Notes: a model not told the origin generated them from the letters alone. A stretch of DNA of 64,000 nucleotides from Clostridiaceae bacterium (GCA_012518795.1 JAAYRL010000019.1:6719-70718); one strand, 5' to 3'. Shown: positions 46,967 to 56,822, counted from the first letter of the stretch. Translations and numbers: made by a program.

Positions 46967-47740
46967 TTATAAACCTATTTTTTCTTCAATCCACATTATA
47001 AAAGGGTGTGGCAAAATGCGTGAAACAATTCTAACAAATTTTGCAGATAGACTTTGGAGTGAAATATCTTTTTTTCGTTCTGATCTACGCAATGCTTTAG
47101 TTGCGACTTTTTCTACTTGTTCCAAACCTATTCTCTTAATTGAACTGATTTCCTGTGGTTTTCCGGTATGTTGAAAAAATTCCGTTTCCATAGGATTCGG
47201 GCAAACAGCAGTTACCGTAATTTGTTTTGATTTAAGTTCTCGATGTAATGCACGTGAATAACTTAACACGTACGACTTAGTTGCAGCATACACCGCAAAT
47301 TTGGGCTGCGGTAAAAAAGCAGCAACCGATGAAAGATTAAGAATTCTACCTCCAACGGCCATAAATGGTATGCAAATTGAACAAACTACAGTTAGAGCAC
47401 GACAATTCAAATCAATCATATAGGCATTGTTTTCACAACCTATTTCTTCTACAGTTCCTTTTTTCCCCATACCTGCTGAGTTAATCAGAGTATGAATTTT
47501 CACATTGTTCGTTTTTAATTCCTGCCGTAATTTATTTTGCCATAACGGATCCGTAACATCACCCGCAATTACTTTTGCCACTTTACGTAATTTTCGAGCT
47601 AAGTTCTCAAGTCGATCTTTCCGTCTGGCACAAAGCCAAATTTCATCAATTCCCGGATGTGAGTCAAGTTGTTCAGCAAACTCTAAACCTATTCCCGAAG
47701 AAGCCCCGGTTATGACAGCAATGCTTTTTTGAGATTCCAT
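46967..47740 (-). CDS. Short-chain dehydrogenase/reductase (SDR) family oxidoreductase
   Basis: It has the cofactor motif TGASSGIG and the catalytic YAATK. Confidence 0.85.
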   Translation of the reverse strand: MESQKSIAVITGASSGIGLEFAEQLDSHPGIDEIWLCARRKDRLENLARKLRKVAKVIAGDVTDPLWQNKLRQELKTNNVKIHTLINSAGMGKKGTVEEIGCENNAYMIDLNCRALTVVCSICIPFMAVGGRILNLSSVAAFLPQPKFAVYAATKSYVLSYSRALHRELKSKQITVTAVCPNPMETEFFQHTGKPQEISSIKRIGLEQVEKVATKALRRSERKKDISLQSLSAKFVRIVSRILPHPFIMWIEEKIGL

Positions 47741-47810
47741 GTTTTGCCCCTATAAACTTAATTACAGTATTGTTGCTCCTAAGCAGAAATTTCAGGAATA
47801 AGTATGAATA

Positions 47811-49352
47811 TCAGCTGACTTTTTTCAGTTCCGTCTTATACTCTTCATGTTGTTCGGTAATCTCTTTATCCACAGATGTGATTGAGGAAACGACCCATAT
47901 CGCAATTGAAGAAAGCAGAAAACCCGGCAATAAAGAGAACAACTCAAATACACCGCCAAATTTAACTAAAAACAGGTCCCAGACAAAGACTGTCAATGCG
48001 CCAACAATCATTCCTGCTACACCACCCTTTTGGGTAACTTTACCGGAGAATAAAGAGAAAAGAACTAATGGTCCAAAAGTGGCTCCAAAGCCTGCCCAAG
48101 CAAAAGAAACAATTTTGAAAATAACTGAATTTTCATCAAGCGCAATTAATATACCTATTGTCGTGATTAATAACAAAGTGATTCTTGTTACCTTCAGTAC
48201 ATTCTTGTCTTTGGCATCTTGTTTAAACAAGCCATGGTATAAGTTTTTGGCTACGGAAGATGCTCCGATTAAGAGATAAGAGTCCGCAGATGAAATCGTT
48301 GCTGCTAAAATACCGGCCATGACAATTCCTGCGATAAATGGCTGCATCATATTTTGAGCAGAAATAATAAAAATATTTTCAGAAGCTGACTGAGTTAATA
48401 GTTCTGTGGGAAATAAGACACGTCCGTTTAATCCTATAAACACGGCAGCTGCTAAAGAAATAACTACCCATATAGATGCAACTCTTCTCGCAACCTTGAT
48501 TTCTCTTGCATCTCGTATAGCCATAAATTTAATTAACACTTGAGGTACGCCAAAATAGCCTAATCCCCAAGCCATACTTGTAGAAATTTCTAACCAACTG
48601 ACTTTAGTTGCTTCAGCAAACTGAGGGATACCACTCGTTTGAATTTGTTGTCCCATTTCGTTTAAACTAGGCTTGGCAGACGTAAAAAATTCCAGAAAAC
48701 CGGGAAATTGCTTCAGATTATTAATTATTTCCTTGATTCCGCCGGCATGATTAATACCTACTATCAGAACCACAACTAAAGAAAAAACCATAACTAGAGC
48801 TTGCATAAAATCAGAAACAGATTCTGCCAAGAAACCTCCGATAAAGGTATAAGCGAGTACGAAAATCGCTCCTAAAATCATCATTGAAACATAACTCATT
48901 CCAAACAAAGCGGAAAACAATTTCCCTACAGTCACATAGCAAGAAGCAGCATACACTACAAAGAACACCAAAATAAAGACGGCTGAAAAAAACAATATAG
49001 GTTTTCTTTTGCCTTTTTCTTTGAATCGATTAGAAAAGAAATCAGGGATAGTAATGGCATCATTCGCTACGTGAGAATAGACACGAAGCGGTTTTGCAAC
49101 TATTTTCCAATTGATATAAGTTCCTACAGCAAGTCCGAATGCCGTCCAAAAGGCAGAACTAAGACCCGTCCAATAAGCTACTCCGGGTAATCCCATCAAC
49201 AGCCAACCTGACATATCGCTGGCTTCAGCAGACATTGCCGTTACATAAGGTCCTAAAGAACGACCTCCCAGAAAATATTCTTTTGTTGAAGAATTTGAAC
49301 GCTTAAAGAAATAAACACCTATTCCGATGACTAACGCCATGTATAAAGTCAT
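47811..49352 (-). CDS. putP: Sodium:proline symporter (SSS family)
   Basis: The segment GGRSLGPYVTAMSAEASDMSGWLLMGLPG is characteristic of PutP. The N-terminus may extend 10 codons to an ATT at 49382, which sits behind an AGGAGG. Confidence 0.85.
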   Translation of the reverse strand: MTLYMALVIGIGVYFFKRSNSSTKEYFLGGRSLGPYVTAMSAEASDMSGWLLMGLPGVAYWTGLSSAFWTAFGLAVGTYINWKIVAKPLRVYSHVANDAITIPDFFSNRFKEKGKRKPILFFSAVFILVFFVVYAASCYVTVGKLFSALFGMSYVSMMILGAIFVLAYTFIGGFLAESVSDFMQALVMVFSLVVVLIVGINHAGGIKEIINNLKQFPGFLEFFTSAKPSLNEMGQQIQTSGIPQFAEATKVSWLEISTSMAWGLGYFGVPQVLIKFMAIRDAREIKVARRVASIWVVISLAAAVFIGLNGRVLFPTELLTQSASENIFIISAQNMMQPFIAGIVMAGILAATISSADSYLLIGASSVAKNLYHGLFKQDAKDKNVLKVTRITLLLITTIGILIALDENSVIFKIVSFAWAGFGATFGPLVLFSLFSGKVTQKGGVAGMIVGALTVFVWDLFLVKFGGVFELFSLLPGFLLSSIAIWVVSSITSVDKEITEQHEEYKTELKKVS

Positions 49353-49610
49353 CGCGATAATATTTTGTAATTCCGGTTTAATAATAGCCTCCTCATGTCA
49401 ACATAACTAAAATATGTTGTTTGAAAATAATAATCATAGCTATTCTATACTAATCCGTATTATTTTCCAATAATCTATGTTTTAATCATCTAAAATTTCT
49501 TCAACAATTTAAGAGAATTTTCAAAAAATCATATATGATTTCTGACTGTGATAGTACGATAGATGTTGCTTTCAGATTCATCAGGAACCAGTACTTCTAT
49601 CTTGTTAAAA

Positions 49611-50447
49611 TTAATTTGCACTTCGTTTTCTTAGTTCGGCAATTTCGTTGCCATAGCCTTTTTCCGTTTTCTGAGGTGTTTCAAGGACAAAAGGTAAATG
49701 ACGAAGTTTCGGATGCGTCAACACACTTATAATAGAATCCCAGCCAATTTCTCCTTCACCAAGTAATTCATGTCTGTCTTTACGGGCTCCTCGCGGGTTT
49801 TTGCTGTCATTTAAGTGAATCGCTTTAAGATATTGCAGCCCGATAACTGCATCAAATTCTTGTAAAACACCGTCAATATCTTGCAAATCATAGCCTGCTT
49901 CATGAATATGGCAAGTATCGAGGCAAACGCCTAAATTTTCATCTCGATCAACATTTTTGATAATAGTAGCAAGTTCTGCAAAACTGCTCCCAACTTCGGT
50001 TCCTTTTCCGGCCATCGTCTCTAAAAGAACAGTTGATTTCAAGGGACGATCAAGCATCCTTTTTAAATATTCAGAAATTAAGGTAATCCCTTTTTCGATT
50101 CCTTGGCCTACATGTGACCCGGGATGAAAATTATAATAGCTGTCGGGTAAATATTCCAGCCGATCTAAATCTTCACTCATAGCTATATCTGCGAAAGCCA
50201 GAACAGATTCCTTGTTTCCAGCCGGATTCATCGTATAAGGAGCATGAGCTACCAGGGGACCGAATTCATGTTTTTTAAGTTTCTCATAAGCCTTTGCCAA
50301 ATCATCCTCATCAAGTGCCCGTGCTGAACCACCTCGCGGATTTCGCAGAAAGAAAGCAAATGTATTTGCTCCCATCGCAACTGCTCTGTCAACCATATCC
50401 TCGTATCCCTTACCCACTGAAATATGGGCACCAATATACTGTTTCAT
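49611..50447 (-). CDS. nfo: Deoxyribonuclease IV (endonuclease IV)
   Basis: 278 aa TIM-barrel AP endonuclease 2 pattern (IGAHIS, HAPY, ETMAGKGTE.G, CLDTCH, HLNDSK). Confidence 0.9.
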   Translation of the reverse strand: MKQYIGAHISVGKGYEDMVDRAVAMGANTFAFFLRNPRGGSARALDEDDLAKAYEKLKKHEFGPLVAHAPYTMNPAGNKESVLAFADIAMSEDLDRLEYLPDSYYNFHPGSHVGQGIEKGITLISEYLKRMLDRPLKSTVLLETMAGKGTEVGSSFAELATIIKNVDRDENLGVCLDTCHIHEAGYDLQDIDGVLQEFDAVIGLQYLKAIHLNDSKNPRGARKDRHELLGEGEIGWDSIISVLTHPKLRHLPFVLETPQKTEKGYGNEIAELRKRSAN

Positions 50448-50512
50448 TTACTCTCCTATTTAATCTTTGATTCAATCTTCTATTCAACATCCTATTCAAT
50501 CTTCGATTAAAA

Positions 50513-51049
50513 TTATTCGGACTTATTACCGAGCAGAGTGCTTCCACAATATTCGCAGTTTTTGACACGTCCTTGTAAAATCACCGTTTTTGCTCCACAG
50601 TTCGGACAGGAGATTTCTACATATCGTTTGCTGCTTCCCAGTGCCATAAGTACCACTAAATCTTTTTCCCAATCTAAATGTATATTCGTCAAATATCCTT
50701 TTTTAAGTAGTCTTTCTATTTGCTTTATCGGATCAGCGATCCGGATTTTTTGATTAATTTGCGACATTTTTATCGACTCTGAAGGTATACCATTAAAATA
50801 TGAGGCAATTTCTTTGGCATTCTTGAAATCTCTTTGCTTTATTATTTCTCGAACAATAGGTCTTGCAAAGCCGAGTAAAAATAACAACCCCAATAAAGCA
50901 GAACTCCACTTTCCATCTTTTAGGAGACTAACCATCGCCATAATGATTATTACCTCCATAAAAGCACAAAAACCAAGGTATATGCTTCTTGATCTGGATA
51001 GTTCTGTCACTTTGCTCGTTAAAAATGGATTCATATGCCTCTCCTTCAT
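50513..51049 (-). CDS. Hypothetical membrane protein with C-terminal zinc ribbon
   Basis: It has two TM helices and a CPNCG...CEYCG motif. Confidence 0.5.
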   Translation of the reverse strand: MKERHMNPFLTSKVTELSRSRSIYLGFCAFMEVIIIMAMVSLLKDGKWSSALLGLLFLLGFARPIVREIIKQRDFKNAKEIASYFNGIPSESIKMSQINQKIRIADPIKQIERLLKKGYLTNIHLDWEKDLVVLMALGSSKRYVEISCPNCGAKTVILQGRVKNCEYCGSTLLGNKSE

Positions 51050-51323
51050 AAATTCAAATCATCAATAAATTAAGCAACGGATACCTTAAAGAATTCCTTT
51101 GAGATATCCTTAACCTGCTCAGTTGTCTCTATACATATTCAGTTATCTCCATATATATAGAGAGGATATCATAAAGCCCGAAAAAGAACTATATTATAAA
51201 GGCAGTTGTCCCGGGAGACATGACTTTTCCACAAGTAAAATAATAATTGATTATTTGCACTATTGTGTCGGCGGTGGCGTTAACTTTTCCACAAGCAAAA
51301 TTGTTAATAGATTTTATTACTAG

Positions 51324-53318
51324 TCAGTGTTTGTATACTTTCACAATGATTATGCCCACACATAGAATCAGTGCTGATGCAATAAGCCATAACAACCCGG
51401 ATGTGCTAGCTTTTATCTGAGAAGGATCAAAACTATCCGGCATTTCAGACATCTGCGAAAAATCAAAATCATCAGGTATTTCGGGTATCTCTTCATTCTG
51501 AGAAGGATCAAATCCTTCTGGCGCTGTGCCTTCAAAGAAGCTACCCTTTTCTCTCGGTATATCCTGCATACTGCCTACCATTCCCATAGAACCCATTTCA
51601 GACAGTGTCAGACCTGAAGCATCAACATAGTTCATGTTTGCGCTCGTCTGATTATTGGCAAGCTGGGCACTTATGCTTTCTGTTCGCAAGGTACAAAACT
51701 GTCGCAGAGTTTCTACACCGGTTTCAAATTCGTTATATTCATAGAATGCTGTCGGATCTTTTTCTACATAGGATTTGATCAAATCATATGTATCGTTGAT
51801 ACAACTCAGGATGTCCACAGAATTCAAAAACTCCGTGAAATACTGATGGTACAGTTCAGTATATTCCTCATTTGCCACAATCCAGTTCCACATAGGACGA
51901 TCAGCGGAAGAAGCGCCTGATACCGGAGAATCAATAGGTGTGTTTACGGTACTCTGTGCATTTCCACTCTGAAAGGTACCGAATGCCAGATTGTAATCCC
52001 AGGGGATCATAGCCATCTGTCCATCTTGCTCATACAGATAATAATTATGCACCATAGCTCCTGTGTAACTGTCGCCATTACAGACATAGTTATGTACGAC
52101 AAAATATCGAATAACTTGGTCTATATCTACTACTGAATCAATTGTTTCTCCGTTGGTCAGCTTTTTTAATGATTCAATCAAACGAGTCTGATCGGCTTTC
52201 ACGATGTCGGTCTTGGCGTTGTCCCAGATATTAAGATAACTGTCAATATTATCGTCAATATACTGAAGCTTTATATCAGACGAACCTATACCTTGAGCGA
52301 AACCGCCTTTTTTATTCTGCATATTTTCTCTATCAGGCATAAACTCGTTCTTCATTTCCGGCAAATCCGATATATTCGGCATATCCTGTATATTCGGCAT
52401 CGGCATCCGAGGCATATCTTGCAGATCTTGTAGATCAGGCATATCTTGCATATCCTGCAGATCAGGCATCCGAGGCATTTCAGACATTGGAGGTATTGTT
52501 ATCCCTTGTTCAGAAATATCAGGAATATCAGACATATCAGGATTATCAGGAATATCTGACATATCAGGAACATCAGAAATATCAGGAATATCAGGAATAT
52601 TAGGAATATCAGACATATCAGGATTCTCCGCATCTTCGTCACGATTCAGAAAATCATTCATCTTAAACCCCCTGCCGTTTCCTCGACCTCCACCGAAGTT
52701 CATACTGTCAGGTTTATACAATTCTCCGTAGTTCGAACCGTAATTTCGTTCAAGAAAAGCTTCTTCAATGCCTTCTACTGCAAGGTATAAACCCCAATCC
52801 TCACCGTTGACCGTAATATACACAAAACTGCACAAAGGAGTATTGACTCCAAATTCTTTCATCATAGTGTAGCTCAGATAGTCTTTCATCATAGTTGTAT
52901 CATGAATTAAATTATTCAGATTCAATTTATCAAGTCCGTAATAGGTAAGGGAACTATCATATCGGTCAAATTCAATTTTAAAACTGTAACGTTCACTGTT
53001 CTTGGCAGCAACACTGGAAAGCGAAGTATTGCCTTTTCCGCGAATACCCGCGTTTTTAAAGGCTTCACCGTCGATCACCAGGTTTGTTACGTAATACTCT
53101 TCATCCACAGCATCAGCGATAAACTCATCCCAGTTATTCATGACAATATCTATGGTATGAACTCTTGTATTATCAAACAGACTATTTTCATATCCAATAG
53201 CACGCGGTGTGACTTCAACACCCAGTGCTACACCCTGATTCATAAACAGAACAGTAAGCAGCAATATCAATACAGTAAAGGTCCATGCAATTTTGTCAAA
53301 ATGTTTACTTCCCGACAT
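51324..53318 (-). CDS. CotH-family (atypical kinase fold) protein, membrane-anchored, with acidic PD/MPD repeat insert
   Basis: It has CotH-like blocks (NLVIDGEAFKNAGIRGKGNTS, YSFKIEFDRY, LNNLIHDTTMMKDYL, WDYNLAFG), an N-terminal signal or TM segment and a C-terminal TM helix. The start was moved to the ATG at 53318, 4 nt after the DUF4956 stop. Confidence 0.75.
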   Translation of the reverse strand: MSGSKHFDKIAWTFTVLILLLTVLFMNQGVALGVEVTPRAIGYENSLFDNTRVHTIDIVMNNWDEFIADAVDEEYYVTNLVIDGEAFKNAGIRGKGNTSLSSVAAKNSERYSFKIEFDRYDSSLTYYGLDKLNLNNLIHDTTMMKDYLSYTMMKEFGVNTPLCSFVYITVNGEDWGLYLAVEGIEEAFLERNYGSNYGELYKPDSMNFGGGRGNGRGFKMNDFLNRDEDAENPDMSDIPNIPDIPDISDVPDMSDIPDNPDMSDIPDISEQGITIPPMSEMPRMPDLQDMQDMPDLQDLQDMPRMPMPNIQDMPNISDLPEMKNEFMPDRENMQNKKGGFAQGIGSSDIKLQYIDDNIDSYLNIWDNAKTDIVKADQTRLIESLKKLTNGETIDSVVDIDQVIRYFVVHNYVCNGDSYTGAMVHNYYLYEQDGQMAMIPWDYNLAFGTFQSGNAQSTVNTPIDSPVSGASSADRPMWNWIVANEEYTELYHQYFTEFLNSVDILSCINDTYDLIKSYVEKDPTAFYEYNEFETGVETLRQFCTLRTESISAQLANNQTSANMNYVDASGLTLSEMGSMGMVGSMQDIPREKGSFFEGTAPEGFDPSQNEEIPEIPDDFDFSQMSEMPDSFDPSQIKASTSGLLWLIASALILCVGIIIVKVYKH

Positions 53319-53322
53319 CTCT

Positions 53323-54015
53323 TTACCCCATGTAGTCGCCGTTATACGAGACAAGCACTGCACTGTTTACACCGGGAATTTCGGAAATAATACCTATAAA
53401 ATCAGTATTATCCTCCTTCAGCCGGACTTCGATATTTAATTCAACAGCACCTTTAACGGCTGATTTACTCTTAACAATACTCCGGGTTACATTCTTATCC
53501 AGGAAATCTTTAACTCTGATTTCTACATCATGATTTACGCAATTCAACACAAGCATATAAGGAAAAGTATTTGACTTTTTATTAACAAATACCAGTAATA
53601 TTAAACCGATGCAGACACTGCCGATAATAGCCAGTGGAATCATACCGGCTGCAAGGATAATACCTGCACCTATAGCCCAGAATAAAAAGGCAATATCCAG
53701 CGGTTCTTTGATAGCAGTACGGAAGCGAACAATCGAGAGCGCACCTACCATGCCAAGTGACATAACCACGTTTGACGTAACGGCTAGAATAACAATGGAG
53801 GTAATCATGGTAAGAGCAATCAGCGTGGTGCCGAATCCGGAGGAATACATCACTCCGCGGTAAGTCTTCTTGTAAACCAAAAAAATAAACAGTCCTATAC
53901 CGAAAGATAATACAATGGTCAGCAACATATCGAGGATGCTGACAGAAGTTACATTTTCCAGAAAACTGGACTTAAAAATATCGTTGAAATTCATTAGAAA
54001 AAATTTATAATTCAT
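53323..54015 (-). CDS. DUF4956-like membrane protein
   Basis: 230 aa. It has four or five TM helices and a soluble C-terminal domain. Its N-terminus and its partnership with a VTC-domain gene are typical of DUF4956. Confidence 0.65.
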   Translation of the reverse strand: MNYKFFLMNFNDIFKSSFLENVTSVSILDMLLTIVLSFGIGLFIFLVYKKTYRGVMYSSGFGTTLIALTMITSIVILAVTSNVVMSLGMVGALSIVRFRTAIKEPLDIAFLFWAIGAGIILAAGMIPLAIIGSVCIGLILLVFVNKKSNTFPYMLVLNCVNHDVEIRVKDFLDKNVTRSIVKSKSAVKGAVELNIEVRLKEDNTDFIGIISEIPGVNSAVLVSYNGDYMG

Positions 54016-54044
54016 TAGTGAAAATTCTCCTTTTAATAGTGTTG

Positions 54045-54716
54045 TTATTCATACATACGGGAAGCGGCGTATTTTGAGAAAGCCATACTCCTCCTGCCTT
54101 CAAGTTGTATTGCATCTTTAATAATATCGGGCAGATAGTTGTCCCACTTTACTTCAAGAATACCTGGGGAATCCTTGATTGGAACAGTTACACATTCGGG
54201 ATTCAGGAAATCTGTACATCTCAGTCCGGTGCGGATTTGGTAGTCCAAGGTTACTCTTGCATTTCCCGGACTGAAAACAAAAGGCTCACGGGTAAATTCC
54301 ACAATTACTTTCGCTTTCAATCCTTCACGGAGAATGCAGGTATAAAAACCGGAAATTAACTCATCAGTACTGTCTGCCAGCCAAGCAACATCCCCATCGG
54401 CAATAGATTGTGCTTGCTCCGGACTTAAAGCCGATATTTCCTTATAACTAAGACTGCCTCGCTTATACTTGCGTTCAAGATAAATGACGGATGGATCGTT
54501 ATTATACAAACGTATTCGGTATTTTTCACGTTTGTTTATCCCATTCAATTTTTCCAGAAGCACCTTATCCGCAAGATTGTCAAAGTATAAGCTGCGGACT
54601 TTATATTGTCCGTTCATGGCATGGCTGTCCGGCTTCAAGACCACCCTTAATCTTTGGCGTAAGATCAGCAGGTCAAATTGACTGATTTCATGTTTTACTT
54701 CGTGTCTGAATTGCAA
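54045..54716 (-). CDS. VTC-domain (polyphosphate-polymerase-like, triphosphate tunnel) protein
   Basis: 223 aa. The N-terminus FRHEVKHEIS, KVRSLYFD and ...RIRLY... are typical of bacterial VTC-domain proteins. The start is a TTG with a GAAGGAG RBS. Confidence 0.65.
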   Translation of the reverse strand: MQFRHEVKHEISQFDLLILRQRLRVVLKPDSHAMNGQYKVRSLYFDNLADKVLLEKLNGINKREKYRIRLYNNDPSVIYLERKYKRGSLSYKEISALSPEQAQSIADGDVAWLADSTDELISGFYTCILREGLKAKVIVEFTREPFVFSPGNARVTLDYQIRTGLRCTDFLNPECVTVPIKDSPGILEVKWDNYLPDIIKDAIQLEGRRSMAFSKYAASRMYE

Positions 54717-54784
54717 TAAACATCAGCTCCTTCTATTTTTACTATGCTAACCACTATAAAAAATGAACCTATGAATTAAATAAG

Positions 54785-54879
54785 AAAACCTGCTCAGCAA
54801 AAAGTTTTTCATTAAAAACCTTCTCAGCAAAAAGTTTTCCATTAAAAACCTTCTCAGCAAAAAAGATTGATGAGAAGGT
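54785..54879. repeat. 30-bp tandem repeat (3 copies); the last unit is completed into a terminator hairpin
   Basis: AAAAACCT(G/T)CTCAGCAAAAAGTTTT.CATT units start at 54785, 54814 and 54844. Confidence 0.8.
54841..54879 (-). terminator. Rho-independent terminator after the histidine kinase gene
   Basis: The minus strand reads ACCTTCTCA-(14 nt)-TGAGAAGGT followed by TTTTTAAT. Confidence 0.7.
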
Positions 54880-54927
54880 AAAGTGCATATAAATATTAAA
54901 AAATTAAAAAAGCTAATGTATGGAATT

Positions 54928-56151
54928 TTAAAAACGAGCAATAAATCGGATGCTTTCAGCAGATGTATATTCTGCAATCAGCTTACCGCCAAACTTTTCA
55001 CAAATAGCTCGTGCGGCTGAAAGACCTATACCATAACCGGATGACTCTATGTCTTGTGTTCGCGCAGAGTCATCTCTGTAAAATCGTTCAAATAATCGCT
55101 CCGGATCCGTCGTCTTAAGTGACGGATCACAGGTATTTTCTTGGATAATTTGGACGTGTCTGCCCTTTTTTTGCAAAGTCAAATAAATACTGCCCTCATC
55201 CGGTGTATATTTAACTGCATTATCCAGAAGAATTGTCAACAGTTGTTGAAAGCTATCTTTGTTAATCATCAACGAAACATCTGACTCAATACATACATGG
55301 AGTCCGAGATTGCGAGATTTGGCAGCATCCTCATAGTCAGATAAGAGCCTACTTGTAAGTTCACTAATATTAACCAACTCAGTTAACAAAGGAATTTCTT
55401 CATCCAGCTTAGCGAGAATAAGCAGATTAGACATCAGGACATTAAGTCTTTTTGTTTGTGTGCGAATGTGTACGTTGTATTTATTCTCACCATGGATTAA
55501 TGCCATCGTATCATTATTTGACTGAATAATAGCCAAAGGTGTTTTCATTTCATGTCCGGCATTCGTAATAAACTGTTTTTGCTTTTCCATCCCTATAAGA
55601 ACCGGACGAATAACCTTGTCCGAAAGCAGTATTACTATTATCAGGAGAATTAACCAACAAAGTACTGCAATCACACCCGAAACAAATAAGACCATTAAAA
55701 AACTTTCAGTTTGTCCTGATACGTCCATAAAAAAAGTCAGACGGCTTGTTCCTATTTCCTTTACGAAATATTTAAAACCTTCCATTTTTCCGGATTCTCT
55801 GCCTGTTTTCCGAACTTCTAAAGCATAATCTTGGGCAGTTTCATCATCGATTGAGGAAATTTGGTCTGTATTCACATCCTTGATATTACCGTCAGAATCA
55901 CTTAGTACAATAAAAAATCTGGAAGAACGCATCCTGTCCATATTCAGCGGGCGTAAAAAAGGAGGAGGCCGATTAAAATCCATTTTTTGAAATCTGCCAT
56001 TAGAATCAACCAGTATCTTCATTTCCAGATCTGACTGTCTCTCTAATATTACCCAATTAAGTCCGTTAATTGTAATTACGATAAAAAGCAAAAGACAGCT
56101 AACCGCCGTCATGGTGAAAAAAATAAATCTTTTCTTTAATGCTTTCTTCAT
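54928..56151 (-). CDS. Sensor histidine kinase (two TM helices, HisKA plus HATPase_c)
   Basis: It has the H-box NAGHEMKTPL, an N-box LLDNAVKYT and a G-box GYGIGLS. It overlaps the response regulator stop by 4 nt. Confidence 0.9.
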   Translation of the reverse strand: MKKALKKRFIFFTMTAVSCLLLFIVITINGLNWVILERQSDLEMKILVDSNGRFQKMDFNRPPPFLRPLNMDRMRSSRFFIVLSDSDGNIKDVNTDQISSIDDETAQDYALEVRKTGRESGKMEGFKYFVKEIGTSRLTFFMDVSGQTESFLMVLFVSGVIAVLCWLILLIIVILLSDKVIRPVLIGMEKQKQFITNAGHEMKTPLAIIQSNNDTMALIHGENKYNVHIRTQTKRLNVLMSNLLILAKLDEEIPLLTELVNISELTSRLLSDYEDAAKSRNLGLHVCIESDVSLMINKDSFQQLLTILLDNAVKYTPDEGSIYLTLQKKGRHVQIIQENTCDPSLKTTDPERLFERFYRDDSARTQDIESSGYGIGLSAARAICEKFGGKLIAEYTSAESIRFIARF

Positions 56152-56822
56152 GATGAAATTTCCAATTTATATCCGATGTTCCGTTTCGAGATGATCTCCA
56201 CCTTGGAATTCATGGCGGAAAGTCGCTTACGCAAATAAGAAATATAAAGCCAGACACTGTTTATGTCTGTATCTGTATTATATCCCCATGCTTTGACAAG
56301 TAAATCCTCCGTAGACAAATACATCGTATGATTCAGCATAAGCTGTTCCATAAGACGATATTCCTGCCTGGGCAATTGAAAAGACATATCCCTCACGCTA
56401 ATTTCACCTGACTGCATATTTAACTTTAAGTCCCCAAAGCAGATTAAATCGGGATGATATTCTTCCCGTCTTCGTAGCATAGCACGAATTCTGGCAATCA
56501 GTTCACCCATATCAAAGGGCTTCGGCAGGTAATCATCCGCTCCGGTATCCAGACCGTGAATACGATCTTCCACCTGCGTTTTCGCCGTCAAAAGAATCAC
56601 AGGAGTTCTACATCCGTTTCTGCGTAAATCGGAAAGTACTTCCAATCCGTCTCGTTTAGGCATCATAATATCGAGAATAATTCCGTCATAATCACCCGTT
56701 ATGGCATAATTATAAGCAGCATCTCCATCATATACGGCATCAACTATATACTTATGATAAGTAAGATAATCTACAACCGCTTCGGATAGAGCCGGTTCAT
56801 CTTCAGCATATAATAGCTTCAC
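56148..56822 (-). CDS. OmpR/PhoB-family response regulator
   Basis: It has a receiver domain (DEP...D.MMPKRDG..T.K) and a winged helix. The start was moved to the GTG at 56822, which has a GGAGG RBS at 7 nt. Confidence 0.9.
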   Translation of the reverse strand: MKLLYAEDEPALSEAVVDYLTYHKYIVDAVYDGDAAYNYAITGDYDGIILDIMMPKRDGLEVLSDLRRNGCRTPVILLTAKTQVEDRIHGLDTGADDYLPKPFDMGELIARIRAMLRRREEYHPDLICFGDLKLNMQSGEISVRDMSFQLPRQEYRLMEQLMLNHTMYLSTEDLLVKAWGYNTDTDINSVWLYISYLRKRLSAMNSKVEIISKRNIGYKLEISS

